From NCBI GenBank assembly GCA_965237415.1, contig CBDEFM010000002.1, forward strand, positions 3,616,001 to 3,680,000: 64,000 nt of DNA, written 5' to 3'. Position 1 is the stretch's first letter; each line of letters opens with the position of its first letter. The position numbers were made by a program, and so were the translations under genes. This document shows, piece after piece, positions 51,501 to 61,728 of the stretch. A model generated the notes under the pieces. The model saw nothing but the letters and a program-made list of their open reading frames with translations, was not told the DNA's origin and made no database searches. This DNA is from Alphaproteobacteria bacterium (GTDB lineage: Bacteria > Pseudomonadota > Alphaproteobacteria > UBA828).

Positions 51501-52605
51501 GGCCCCACAGCGTGCGGAAACCGGAAACGTGCACGTCGCCGTAACCGCGGTCGTAGTCCGCCGGGGTGCCGGCATCGTTCGCGTTGCTGCTGTCGAAGAT
51601 ATAGAAGGGTACGTTGAGCTCGGGCGGCTCGGCCAACCCGCACAGCGTACGCATGTGCGAATCGAGAATCCCGCGTGCGATCCAGCCGAGCGACTCGCCC
51701 ACATCCATTTCCACCTCTCCCTGCTGGATCAGGTCGATGACGAAGGGCGTGCCGTTGAACGTCGCGATATTAACCAGGCCCGTCTTGCCGGCTATGCGGA
51801 CGGCCGGTACGACAAACTGCGACATCGAGTCGTAGATCGGGATGAGGTAGTTGACGTCCGGGTTCGCGAGAAGCGCAGCCTGGACGCTTGGCTGAATCTT
51901 GGTCGCCCATTCGGGAACCGGCGCATTGATGTAGGCCACTTCCTGACAGTCCGGGCAATTCGCCTGCAGCGTATCGCGGATACCCTGGACGAAGGGCGCC
52001 GTCGGAACGATCTCGTCAGAACCGATGATGACGACGTTGGCCTTGCCGTCGGTCTGGGTGATGGCCCAATTCGCGAGGATCTGACCGACCCCGTAGAAGC
52101 TCAGCGGCACGGCACCGTCGACACTCTCGTGCGGTGTCTGGGTCAGGTCGTAGAAGTGCGACGTCTTGACGACGATACCGGCGTTCTTCGCGGCATCGAT
52201 CTGCGGCACGATCACACGAGGATCGACGCCGCCGAGCAGGTCGATCAGATCGAAACCTTCGTTGATCGCGAAGTTGATACCCTGCACCCATTGCGAGGGC
52301 TGCGCCTGGTTTTCCCACTCGGTCACGTCGACGCCGGCTTCCTTGCCGGCTTCGATCATTGCCAGGGCGATGTTCTTGGTGAACGGGTTCGCGCTGGAGA
52401 CCGGAACGGTCAGGATGCGCTTGCCGGCCGCACAGGATTTCGCGTCGAACGCCGGTCCCGGGGCTGAGAACACCGGCTTGGCGCGGTGGTCCTGGATCAT
52501 CTGACGCGCGGCATCCAGGTCTTGGGCCTGGGCCCCGCTCAGCAGAGCCGTCGTCGCGACGGCGGCCACGGCAGCGGCCATGGTCTTCGCATACAATCGT
52601 TTCAT
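51493..52605 (-). CDS. Sugar ABC substrate-binding protein
   Basis: Signal peptide (AQA), RBS GGGAGG, operon context. Confidence 0.85.
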   Translation of the reverse strand: MKRLYAKTMAAAVAAVATTALLSGAQAQDLDAARQMIQDHRAKPVFSAPGPAFDAKSCAAGKRILTVPVSSANPFTKNIALAMIEAGKEAGVDVTEWENQAQPSQWVQGINFAINEGFDLIDLLGGVDPRVIVPQIDAAKNAGIVVKTSHFYDLTQTPHESVDGAVPLSFYGVGQILANWAITQTDGKANVVIIGSDEIVPTAPFVQGIRDTLQANCPDCQEVAYINAPVPEWATKIQPSVQAALLANPDVNYLIPIYDSMSQFVVPAVRIAGKTGLVNIATFNGTPFVIDLIQQGEVEMDVGESLGWIARGILDSHMRTLCGLAEPPELNVPFYIFDSSNANDAGTPADYDRGYGDVHVSGFRTLWGLE

Positions 52606-52879
52606 TTGGGTCCTCCCTTGATGCGCCCTTGAAGGGTCGTTCTCGGCCGGCGTCACCGACCGGATTCCGTAGACTATCATTCGCGGGGGACATCAGACTA
52701 CGCTGACCATCAGACTGGCCTAATGACACCGATTCGGAGAAGGCGATGGTGGCCACGTCGGGGCGGACGCATGACCCTCTGCCTGCCAGCAAGAAATATT
52801 TTCTCGGGCCCCCTGCAAGGGCTGGGTGGCATCGCCAAATCGCCTGCGCTGGCACTCTCCATCAGAGAGCGCCAATTCT

Positions 52880-53370
52880 CTAACCCCTTGTCAGAGCCAG
52901 CCGGCCGACATGAGCCGGTCCCTTGGGCGCAATCACGCCGAACTCCGCCAAGTGGCTCCGCGGCGCATTAATCGTCTGCGTGCGCGGGCGCACCAGAAGA
53001 TCGCGCGCGCGGAATAGCATCGCCTGGGCCTGCTGATCCTGCGTCTTCACCGCCACGAAGCGTTTCGTCGGCCGCTGCGCGTCCTCGCAGATTGCTTCCG
53101 CGTCAGCCGCGTCGTTCTTCTGTCGCTTCACGAACGGCTTGACGTAGATCGGCGGGACCAACCTCACATCATAGCCAAGCTCCTGGAGCTCCCGGCCCCA
53201 GTGGTGTGCACTCGCGCACGCCTCCATCGCCACCACACACCGGGGCTGCGAAACCAGAAAGCCTACAAGCTTCTCCCGGCTTAGCTTCTTGCGGAACGCA
53301 ACCGATCCGTCCGTCCGAGACCCGCGCAACTGAAAGCTGCGCTTCGCCAAGTCGATCCCATCAACACTCG
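52880..53370 (-). pseudogene. Truncated IS110/IS1111 transposase (N-terminal part)
   Basis: GIDLAK, MEAC, KNDAADA; related to the 44294 copy. Confidence 0.85.
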
Positions 53371-53372
53371 GG

Positions 53373-54611
53373 TTAGTGAGCCGGCCGTGCCTCAGCGAGG
53401 CTCGGGGTTCCGCGCTTGCGGCCGTTTCCGGCACCCTTCCCCCGCGGGCGACCTCGCGCGGCGCGGAAGGGTGCCGGGGCGGGGTCGTCCCCGATCACGG
53501 TCAGCCGTTGCCGGATCAGACGCTCGATCTGGCCGAGCGACTCCCGCTCGCCCGCATCGCAGAACGAATAGGCGATGCCGTCGGCGCCGGCCCGCGCCGT
53601 GCGCCCGATGCGGTGGACATAGCTTTCCGGAACGTTCGGCAGCTCGTAGTTGATGACGTGGCTGATATCGTCGACGTCGATGCCGCGCGCCGCGATATCG
53701 GTCGCGACCAGGACGCGGGCCTCGCCCCGCCGGAAACGTTCGAGGGCCCGCTGCCGAGCGCCCTGGGACTTGTTGCCGTGCATCGCCTCGGCGGCGACAC
53801 CGCCCTTCTCCAGCTGAGCCGCCACCCGGTTGGCGCGATGCTTGGTGCGGGCGAAGACCAGCACCCGCGAGAGCGCCGGGTCATCCAGGATATCGGCCAG
53901 CAGGCGCCGCTTGCCCTCGGACGAGACGTGGAAGACGCATTGCTGGATCCGCTCCACCGGCGTCGCCTGCGGCGTCACCGCGACCCGGACGGGATCGCGA
54001 AGGAAGTCGCTCGCCAGACGCGCCACATCGCGCGGCATGGTGGCCGAGAACAGCAACGACTGCCGCGCCGCCGGCAGGGCCGCGAGGATGCGGCGCACAT
54101 CGCGAACGAAGCCCATGTCGAGCATGCGGTCCGCCTCGTCGAGGACGAGATGCTCGACCCGGTGGAGGTTGACGCGGCGCTGTCCCATCAGGTCCAGCAG
54201 GCGCCCGGGCGTGGCGACGAGGATGTCGACGCCTCGCACCAGCGCATCGACCTGGGGCCTCTGGCCGACGCCGCCATAGATGACGGCAAGCCGTAGCTGC
54301 AGATGGGTGCCATAGGCGCGGAACTCGTCGGCGATCTGGATCGCCAGTTCCCGCGTCGGCGCGAGGACGAGGGCGCGCGGTGCGCGACCGCGACCGCCGC
54401 TATTCGCGCCGGCGAGCCGGTGCAGGATCGGCAACGCGAAGGCCGCCGTCTTGCCGGTGCCGGTCTGGGCGATGGCGAGAACGTCTCGCCCGGCCATAAC
54501 CTCCGGGATTGCCTGCGCCTGGATCGGCGTCGGTGTTGTGTGTTCGCGCTCGGCCAGCGCGCGTTGCAGGGTCTCGGCCAAGCCGAGTTCGGAAAACAGT
54601 TGCTTGGTCAC
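53373..54611 (-). CDS. rhlE: DEAD-box RNA helicase (RhlE-like)
   Basis: [29 protein letters not shown]. Confidence 0.9.
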   Translation of the reverse strand: MTKQLFSELGLAETLQRALAEREHTTPTPIQAQAIPEVMAGRDVLAIAQTGTGKTAAFALPILHRLAGANSGGRGRAPRALVLAPTRELAIQIADEFRAYGTHLQLRLAVIYGGVGQRPQVDALVRGVDILVATPGRLLDLMGQRRVNLHRVEHLVLDEADRMLDMGFVRDVRRILAALPAARQSLLFSATMPRDVARLASDFLRDPVRVAVTPQATPVERIQQCVFHVSSEGKRRLLADILDDPALSRVLVFARTKHRANRVAAQLEKGGVAAEAMHGNKSQGARQRALERFRRGEARVLVATDIAARGIDVDDISHVINYELPNVPESYVHRIGRTARAGADGIAYSFCDAGERESLGQIERLIRQRLTVIGDDPAPAPFRAARGRPRGKGAGNGRKRGTPSLAEARPAH

Positions 54612-55020
54612 ATTGATCCTTGACTGCCCGGCGCGGTCCGTATTGTCGGGACGGCTGGTCTCGGGCGCATATGCCAGCCGCGGGAGCGGCCGGAACGGGT
54701 GGAGTTGCTTGTTTCCGGGTCTGAAGCGACGCAAGCTCGTTGCGTCGCGGGCCCGGAAAATGATTTACACGGGCTACATGTGCTCTCGGGCCGGCAATGT
54801 CAATGCCCGCCACCGCCTACGCCAACTTTACGGAGCCGGCACAGGTCCGGAACATGGAACTCGGCCATCTGGTCGACGCCTCGGCCGTGGCGGCCGGATT
54901 GAGGAACAATTCCGCTCCCCGATACGGGAAGGACGTAAGCGTTCGGCGGCCGGGGGATCGAAGGGACGAGGGCGGCATTTGCACTGGTAACGATTCCGGC
55001 CATGCGCTACCGTCGAGCGC

Positions 55021-57411
55021 ATGGCGATTCGCGAGGATTTTGGCGCAGCTCTGACGCTGGTTGATGGCGGCGATGGGACTTGGTCGCCTGTCGAGGCGGC
55101 GCCGGCGCACGCGCGGCGCGATTGGCAGCCCCTATACGAGCAAGAACGTGCGCGGGCGGAGGCGGCCGAAGCGCGCTGTGAGGAGCTGCGCCGGGCGGAG
55201 TTGGCCTCTCGTTCCCGGGCCGGTTCGCTGAAGTCGCAGCTCGACGCCAGCCGGAACAAGCTGAAGGCGGCCGCGGAGGAGATCAGGGAAGTCCGCCGCA
55301 CGGCGAAGAACGCCCTTGCCTTGCAGGCCGAAGTGACGCGCCTGGAGAAGCTCCTTTCGGAAGCCGGCGTCGAATCGAGCAAGCGCAGCACGATCATGTC
55401 CCTGCGCAAGGAGGTCGCTCGGCTGCGTGCGGCCGTGCCGGCGTCGGAGGCCTGTCGGCCGCGCGGGGCTCGGAGGCGATCGCGGAACCCCGAGGAGACG
55501 ATCGCGTCGCTGCGCGAGGAGAACGCCCGGCTGAAGAAGGAGGTGCGTGCGGCGAAGGACCTGGAGGGCAGGGTCAAGTTCCTGGACCGCGAGATCGACA
55601 ATCACCGCTCCTGGCTGCGGGGGTCGCACGACCACATTCAGCGGCTCGAGGCCCGGCATCGCGACGAGATCGATTGGTTGAAGAAGGACATGGCCTGGAT
55701 GCGCGCGGCGTTCGTTGGGGCAGCGGACGATCGCAACCGCACGATCGCGTCGCTGCGCAAGCAACTCGACCGGCGGCGCGCGGCGGCCGTGCGGTTGGTG
55801 GAGGCCCGGGAGCGCACGATCGCCTGGCTGCGCGAGCGGAACGAGCGGCTGCGGGCGGCGACCGTGCGGGCCACGGACATGATCGTGTCGCTGCGCGAGA
55901 AGATCGCTGGGCTGCGCGCCCAGGTGCGGGCTTTGGAGGTCGAGAAGAAGGCGCTGGTGTCCCGCGTCGAGACGCTGGAAGCCCAGCTTGCGAAGCTCCG
56001 CGCGAGCCGGGCCGTGCTGTCGAAGTCGCTGTTCGGGAGAAAGAGCGAGCGGCAGAAGAAACCGCGCTCCGGGCGCAAGCGCGGTCAGCAGCGTGGCGCT
56101 CCCGGCCATGGCCGCACGCAGCGGCCCGGGCTCGAGGAGCGCACTGAAGAGCATAACCCGCCCGAGGATGCGTGCGTCTGTTCCTGTTGCGGGAAGCCCT
56201 ATGCTGCCAACGGCGAGCGTTCCACGACCATCGTCGAGATCGAGGTCAAGGCCCACATGCGCAGAATCGTCCGGCCCCGCTGGCGCCGGAGTTGCGACTG
56301 CCCATCGTCGCCGCTGGAAGTGACGGCACCCCCGGTGCCGCGCCTGTTCGACAACACGCCCTACGGCATCAGCGTGTGGGTGTGCATCTTCTTCGAGCGC
56401 TTTGCCTGCTACCGCCCGCTCAAGCGGGTCGCAGCATGGCTGGCGAATATGGGGCTGCCGATCTCGCCGGGGACGCTGGCCGACAGTGTGAAGCGCTCCG
56501 TGCCGCTGTTCGAGCCCGTGGCCGAGGCGATCCTCGCGCACCAGAACAAGGCGGCGGTGCGCCATGCAGACGAGACCACATGGCGTGTGCAGGCGCTTCG
56601 CGAGAAGGGCCGCTCCAGCCGAGCCTGGCTCTGGACCTCGGTCAGCGCCGACGCGGTCTACTTCCACATCGATCCCTCGCGCTCAGCCGAGGTCGCGAAG
56701 GCCCTGTTCGGCGGCGTCATCGGTGTCGTGTTCCTGGTCTGCGACCGCCTCTCGACCTACAAGAGGCTGGCCCGAGAGCTCGACGGCAAGGTGATCCTCC
56801 AGTGGTGTTGGGCGCACCAGCGCAGATCGTTTATCGACTGTGCCGCCGGCCACGTGCGGCTCACCCGCTGGTGCCAGGGATGGATCGAGCGGATCGCAGC
56901 GATCTACCGGCTGAACGATGCGCGGCTGGAGCATTACGACCCCGCTCTCGAACGCCAGACACCAGAGTTCGACGCGGCGCAGGGCGAGCTGAACAAGGCG
57001 GTCGACGACCTGTTCGCGGACACCGAAGCGGAACTGGCCGGCCTGTCGGCCAAGGCGCTCAGGGCCAAGCCGCTGCGCTCGCTGCTCAACCACCGCGAGG
57101 GGCTGAGCGTCTTCGTCGATCACCCGCAGGTGCCGCCCGATAACAACCGCGCCGAGCTTGCCCTCAGGAGTGCGGTCATAGGACGACAGCTCTCGTTCGG
57201 TTCCGACAGCGAGACCGGCGCCAGGTTCACGGCCATGATGTACTCGGTGGCGGGCACGCTCGCCATGAACGGCATCGATGTTCGGCGCTGGCTCGAGGAA
57301 TGGCTGTCAGCGTGCGCGAAAAATGGCGGAAAACCGCCGGACGACCTGTCGCCCTGGCTGCCATGGTCGATGAGCGAGGGCCGCAGGCGTGCTCTCGCGG
57401 CGCCGGGATGA
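55021..57411 (+). CDS. IS66 transposase with long N-terminal coiled coil
   Basis: FGRKSER, GAPGHGR, CSCCG...CDC, HADET, CDRL..Y, CWAH.RR, DNNRAE.ALR. Confidence 0.92.
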   Translation: MAIREDFGAALTLVDGGDGTWSPVEAAPAHARRDWQPLYEQERARAEAAEARCEELRRAELASRSRAGSLKSQLDASRNKLKAAAEEIREVRRTAKNALALQAEVTRLEKLLSEAGVESSKRSTIMSLRKEVARLRAAVPASEACRPRGARRRSRNPEETIASLREENARLKKEVRAAKDLEGRVKFLDREIDNHRSWLRGSHDHIQRLEARHRDEIDWLKKDMAWMRAAFVGAADDRNRTIASLRKQLDRRRAAAVRLVEARERTIAWLRERNERLRAATVRATDMIVSLREKIAGLRAQVRALEVEKKALVSRVETLEAQLAKLRASRAVLSKSLFGRKSERQKKPRSGRKRGQQRGAPGHGRTQRPGLEERTEEHNPPEDACVCSCCGKPYAANGERSTTIVEIEVKAHMRRIVRPRWRRSCDCPSSPLEVTAPPVPRLFDNTPYGISVWVCIFFERFACYRPLKRVAAWLANMGLPISPGTLADSVKRSVPLFEPVAEAILAHQNKAAVRHADETTWRVQALREKGRSSRAWLWTSVSADAVYFHIDPSRSAEVAKALFGGVIGVVFLVCDRLSTYKRLARELDGKVILQWCWAHQRRSFIDCAAGHVRLTRWCQGWIERIAAIYRLNDARLEHYDPALERQTPEFDAAQGELNKAVDDLFADTEAELAGLSAKALRAKPLRSLLNHREGLSVFVDHPQVPPDNNRAELALRSAVIGRQLSFGSDSETGARFTAMMYSVAGTLAMNGIDVRRWLEEWLSACAKNGGKPPDDLSPWLPWSMSEGRRRALAAPG

Positions 57412-58289
57412 CCGGCGAGATCGAGTGCCGCTATTACGGGCGCGAGTTCACCGCCGAAGAGATGGCGCTTCTGCGCGTCCTGGTGGCCGGTCCCGCGCGG
57501 CTCACCCGCCATGCCCTGTCGAAGGAGTTTTGCCGGCACATCGGCTGGTTCAGGCCCGACGGCGGGCTCAAGGACATGATGGCCAGGGTCACCATGCTGG
57601 CCATGCACAGGGACGGCCTGATCACCCTGCCGCCGCCCAGGTGGCAGCAGGGCCAGCAAAAGCCGATTGTCTTCGGGCCTGACACCGAAACGCCGCTGTT
57701 CCCGGCGCCGACAACCCTCGACGAAGTCCGCCCGCTCGAACTGCGCACCGTCGTGCGCGGCACCCGCGAGGGCAAGCTGTGGAACGAGTTCATCGCCCGC
57801 TACCACTATCTCGGCTACAAGACCCTGGTCGGCGCCCAGATGCGCTACGCCGTCCACGACCGAAACGGCTGGCCGCTCGCCATGCTCGGCTTCAGCACCG
57901 CGGCCTGGAAGCTCGCGCCGCGCGACAGCTTCATCGGATGGACACAACAGAAGCGCGAGAAGAACCTCCCCCTCGTGGTCGACAACCCGAGGTTCCTGAT
58001 CCTGCCCTGGATCAAGATCCCCAATCTCGGCTCGCACATTCTCGCCATCGTCCGCCGCCGCCTGCCCGAGGACTGGACCGAGCGCTACAACACCACCCCC
58101 GTGCTCATCGAGACCTTCGTCCAGACCCCGCGCTTCACCGGCGCTGTCTACAAGGCCTCCGGCTGGATCCGTGTCGGAACCACCCAGGGACGCGGCCGCT
58201 ACGACAGGTACAGCAAACGCGACCAGCCGAAGAAGGACATCTGGCTCCGGCCTCTCCGGAGGGATTGGAAGCGAACCCTCAATCGGTAA
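57408..58289 (+). CDS. DUF4338 / DruA-like protein (passenger gene)
   Basis: RYYGREFT, WNEFIARYHYLG, RDSFIGW, RFLILPW, ETFV...G.VYKASGW..VG.TQGRGR; ATGA coupling to the transposase. Confidence 0.82.
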   Translation: MTGEIECRYYGREFTAEEMALLRVLVAGPARLTRHALSKEFCRHIGWFRPDGGLKDMMARVTMLAMHRDGLITLPPPRWQQGQQKPIVFGPDTETPLFPAPTTLDEVRPLELRTVVRGTREGKLWNEFIARYHYLGYKTLVGAQMRYAVHDRNGWPLAMLGFSTAAWKLAPRDSFIGWTQQKREKNLPLVVDNPRFLILPWIKIPNLGSHILAIVRRRLPEDWTERYNTTPVLIETFVQTPRFTGAVYKASGWIRVGTTQGRGRYDRYSKRDQPKKDIWLRPLRRDWKRTLNR

Positions 58290-58417
58290 AATCCCCCGGC
58301 CGCCGAACGCTTACGGAAGGACACCTCGAACGTAAGCGTTCGGCGGCCGGGGGATCGAAGGGACGAGGGCGGCATTTGCACTGGTAACGATTCCGGCCAT
58401 GCGCTACCGTCGAGCGC

Positions 58418-60808
58418 ATGGCGATTCGCGAGGATTTTGGCGCAGCTCTGACGCTGGTTGATGGCGGCGATGGGACTTGGTCGCCTGTCGAGGCGGCGCC
58501 GGCGCACGCGCGGCGCGATTGGCAGCCCCTATACGAGCAAGAACGTGCGCGGGCGGAGGCGGCCGAAGCGCGCTGTGAGGAGCTGCGCCGGGCGGAGTTG
58601 GCCTCTCGTTCCCGGGCCGGTTCGCTGAAGTCGCAGCTCGACGCCAGCCGGAACAAGCTGAAGGCGGCCGCGGAGGAGATCAGGGAAGTCCGCCGCACGG
58701 CGAAGAACGCCCTTGCCTTGCAGGCCGAAGTGACGCGCCTGGAGAAGCTCCTTTCGGAAGCCGGCGTCGAATCGAGCAAGCGCAGCACGATCATGTCCCT
58801 GCGCAAGGAGGTCGCTCGGCTGCGTGCGGCCGTGCCGGCGTCGGAGGCCTGTCGGCCGCGCGGGGCTCGGAGGCGATCGCGGAACCCCGAGGAGACGATC
58901 GCGTCGCTGCGCGAGGAGAACGCCCGGCTGAAGAAGGAGGTGCGTGCGGCGAAGGACCTGGAGGGCAGGGTCAAGTTCCTGGACCGCGAGATCGACAATC
59001 ACCGCTCCTGGCTGCGGGGGTCGCACGACCACATTCAGCGGCTCGAGGCCCGGCATCGCGACGAGATCGATTGGTTGAAGAAGGACATGGCCTGGATGCG
59101 CGCGGCGTTCGTTGGGGCAGCGGACGATCGCAACCGCACGATCGCGTCGCTGCGCAAGCAACTCGACCGGCGGCGCGCGGCGGCCGTGCGGTTGGTGGAG
59201 GCCCGGGAGCGCACGATCGCCTGGCTGCGCGAGCGGAACGAGCGGCTGCGGGCGGCGACCGTGCGGGCCACGGACATGATCGTGTCGCTGCGCGAGAAGA
59301 TCGCTGGGCTGCGCGCCCAGGTGCGGGCTTTGGAGGTCGAGAAGAAGGCGCTGGTGTCCCGCGTCGAGACGCTGGAAGCCCAGCTTGCGAAGCTCCGCGC
59401 GAGCCGGGCCGTGCTGTCGAAGTCGCTGTTCGGGAGAAAGAGCGAGCGGCAGAAGAAACCGCGCTCCGGGCGCAAGCGCGGTCAGCAGCGTGGCGCTCCC
59501 GGCCATGGCCGCACGCAGCGGCCCGGGCTCGAGGAGCGCACTGAAGAGCATAACCCGCCCGAGGATGCGTGCGTCTGTTCCTGTTGCGGGAAGCCCTATG
59601 CTGCCAACGGCGAGCGTTCCACGACCATCGTCGAGATCGAGGTCAAGGCCCACATGCGCAGAATCGTCCGGCCCCGCTGGCGCCGGAGTTGCGACTGCCC
59701 ATCGTCGCCGCTGGAAGTGACGGCACCCCCGGTGCCGCGCCTGTTCGACAACACGCCCTACGGCATCAGCGTGTGGGTGTGCATCTTCTTCGAGCGCTTT
59801 GCCTGCTACCGCCCGCTCAAGCGGGTCGCAGCATGGCTGGCGAATATGGGGCTGCCGATCTCGCCGGGGACGCTGGCCGACAGTGTGAAGCGCTCCGTGC
59901 CGCTGTTCGAGCCCGTGGCCGAGGCGATCCTCGCGCACCAGAACAAGGCGGCGGTGCGCCATGCAGACGAGACCACATGGCGTGTGCAGGCGCTTCGCGA
60001 GAAGGGCCGCTCCAGCCGAGCCTGGCTCTGGACCTCGGTCAGCGCCGACGCGGTCTACTTCCACATCGATCCCTCGCGCTCAGCCGAGGTCGCGAAGGCC
60101 CTGTTCGGCGGCGTCATCGGTGTCGTGTTCCTGGTCTGCGACCGCCTCTCGACCTACAAGAGGCTGGCCCGAGAGCTCGACGGCAAGGTGATCCTCCAGT
60201 GGTGTTGGGCGCACCAGCGCAGATCGTTTATCGACTGTGCCGCCGGCCACGTGCGGCTCACCCGCTGGTGCCAGGGATGGATCGAGCGGATCGCAGCGAT
60301 CTACCGGCTGAACGATGCGCGGCTGGAGCATTACGACCCCGCTCTCGAACGCCAGACACCAGAGTTCGACGCGGCGCAGGGCGAGCTGAACAAGGCGGTC
60401 GACGACCTGTTCGCGGACACCGAAGCGGAACTGGCCGGCCTGTCGGCCAAGGCGCTCAGGGCCAAGCCGCTGCGCTCGCTGCTCAACCACCGCGAGGGGC
60501 TGAGCGTCTTCGTCGATCACCCGCAGGTGCCGCCCGATAACAACCGCGCCGAGCTTGCCCTCAGGAGTGCGGTCATAGGACGACAGCTCTCGTTCGGTTC
60601 CGACAGCGAGACCGGCGCCAGGTTCACGGCCATGATGTACTCGGTGGCGGGCACGCTCGCCATGAACGGCATCGATGTTCGGCGCTGGCTCGAGGAATGG
60701 CTGTCAGCGTGCGCGAAAAATGGCGGAAAACCGCCGGACGACCTGTCGCCCTGGCTGCCATGGTCGATGAGCGAGGGCCGCAGGCGTGCTCTCGCGGCGC
60801 CGGGATGA
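58418..60808 (+). CDS. IS66 transposase, copy 2
   Basis: Identical protein to 55021-57411. Confidence 0.9.
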   Translation: MAIREDFGAALTLVDGGDGTWSPVEAAPAHARRDWQPLYEQERARAEAAEARCEELRRAELASRSRAGSLKSQLDASRNKLKAAAEEIREVRRTAKNALALQAEVTRLEKLLSEAGVESSKRSTIMSLRKEVARLRAAVPASEACRPRGARRRSRNPEETIASLREENARLKKEVRAAKDLEGRVKFLDREIDNHRSWLRGSHDHIQRLEARHRDEIDWLKKDMAWMRAAFVGAADDRNRTIASLRKQLDRRRAAAVRLVEARERTIAWLRERNERLRAATVRATDMIVSLREKIAGLRAQVRALEVEKKALVSRVETLEAQLAKLRASRAVLSKSLFGRKSERQKKPRSGRKRGQQRGAPGHGRTQRPGLEERTEEHNPPEDACVCSCCGKPYAANGERSTTIVEIEVKAHMRRIVRPRWRRSCDCPSSPLEVTAPPVPRLFDNTPYGISVWVCIFFERFACYRPLKRVAAWLANMGLPISPGTLADSVKRSVPLFEPVAEAILAHQNKAAVRHADETTWRVQALREKGRSSRAWLWTSVSADAVYFHIDPSRSAEVAKALFGGVIGVVFLVCDRLSTYKRLARELDGKVILQWCWAHQRRSFIDCAAGHVRLTRWCQGWIERIAAIYRLNDARLEHYDPALERQTPEFDAAQGELNKAVDDLFADTEAELAGLSAKALRAKPLRSLLNHREGLSVFVDHPQVPPDNNRAELALRSAVIGRQLSFGSDSETGARFTAMMYSVAGTLAMNGIDVRRWLEEWLSACAKNGGKPPDDLSPWLPWSMSEGRRRALAAPG

Positions 60809-61686
60809 CCGGCGAGATCGAGTGCCGCTATTACGGGCGCGAGTTCACCGCCGAAGAGATGGCGCTTCTGCGCGTCCTGGTGGCCGGTCCCGCGCGGCTC
60901 ACCCGCCATGCCCTGTCGAAGGAGTTTTGCCGGCACATCGGCTGGTTCAGGCCCGACGGCGGGCTCAAGGACATGATGGCCAGGGTCACCATGCTGGCCA
61001 TGCACAGGGACGGCCTGATCACCCTGCCGCCGCCCAGGTGGCAGCAGGGCCAGCAAAAGCCGATTGTCTTCGGGCCTGACACCGAAACGCCGCTGTTCCC
61101 GGCGCCGACAACCCTCGACGAAGTCCGCCCGCTCGAACTGCGCACCGTCGTGCGCGGCACCCGCGAGGGCAAGCTGTGGAACGAGTTCATCGCCCGCTAC
61201 CACTATCTCGGCTACAAGACCCTGGTCGGCGCCCAGATGCGCTACGCCGTCCACGACCGAAACGGCTGGCCGCTCGCCATGCTCGGCTTCAGCACCGCGG
61301 CCTGGAAGCTCGCGCCGCGCGACAGCTTCATCGGATGGACACAACAGAAGCGCGAGAAGAACCTCCCCCTCGTGGTCGACAACCCGAGGTTCCTGATCCT
61401 GCCCTGGATCAAGATCCCCAATCTCGGCTCGCACATTCTCGCCATCGTCCGCCGCCGCCTGCCCGAGGACTGGACCGAGCGCTACAACACCACCCCCGTG
61501 CTCATCGAGACCTTCGTCCAGACCCCGCGCTTCACCGGCGCTGTCTACAAGGCCTCCGGCTGGATCCGTGTCGGAACCACCCAGGGACGCGGCCGCTACG
61601 ACAGGTACAGCAAACGCGACCAGCCGAAGAAGGACATCTGGCTCCGGCCTCTCCGGAGGGATTGGAAGCGAACCCTCAATCGGTAA
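60805..61686 (+). CDS. DUF4338 / DruA-like protein, copy 2
   Basis: Identical protein to 57408-58289. Confidence 0.82.
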   Translation: MTGEIECRYYGREFTAEEMALLRVLVAGPARLTRHALSKEFCRHIGWFRPDGGLKDMMARVTMLAMHRDGLITLPPPRWQQGQQKPIVFGPDTETPLFPAPTTLDEVRPLELRTVVRGTREGKLWNEFIARYHYLGYKTLVGAQMRYAVHDRNGWPLAMLGFSTAAWKLAPRDSFIGWTQQKREKNLPLVVDNPRFLILPWIKIPNLGSHILAIVRRRLPEDWTERYNTTPVLIETFVQTPRFTGAVYKASGWIRVGTTQGRGRYDRYSKRDQPKKDIWLRPLRRDWKRTLNR

Positions 61687-61728
61687 AATCCCCCGGCCGC
61701 CGAACGCTTACGGAAGGACACCTCGAAC

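Larger units (their letters stand above)
54935..58314 (+). mobile_element. IS66-family element (no tnpA/tnpB), 3,380 bp, copy 1
   Basis: Perfect 24-bp IRs GTAAGCGTTCGGCGGCCGGGGGAT; 8-bp TSD GGAAGGAC. Confidence 0.93.
58332..61711 (+). mobile_element. IS66-family element, copy 2
   Basis: Repeat at +3,397 bp with identical translated ORFs. Confidence 0.9.

Noticed and set aside
54854-54934. Gene disrupted by the IS66 array
   Set aside because: Only about 27 codons visible with no recognisable motif; cannot be supported without the distal flank.
57408-58289. Complete Druantia defence system
   Set aside because: Only a DUF4338/DruA-like gene is present; no DruE helicase or other dru genes, and it lies inside IS ends.
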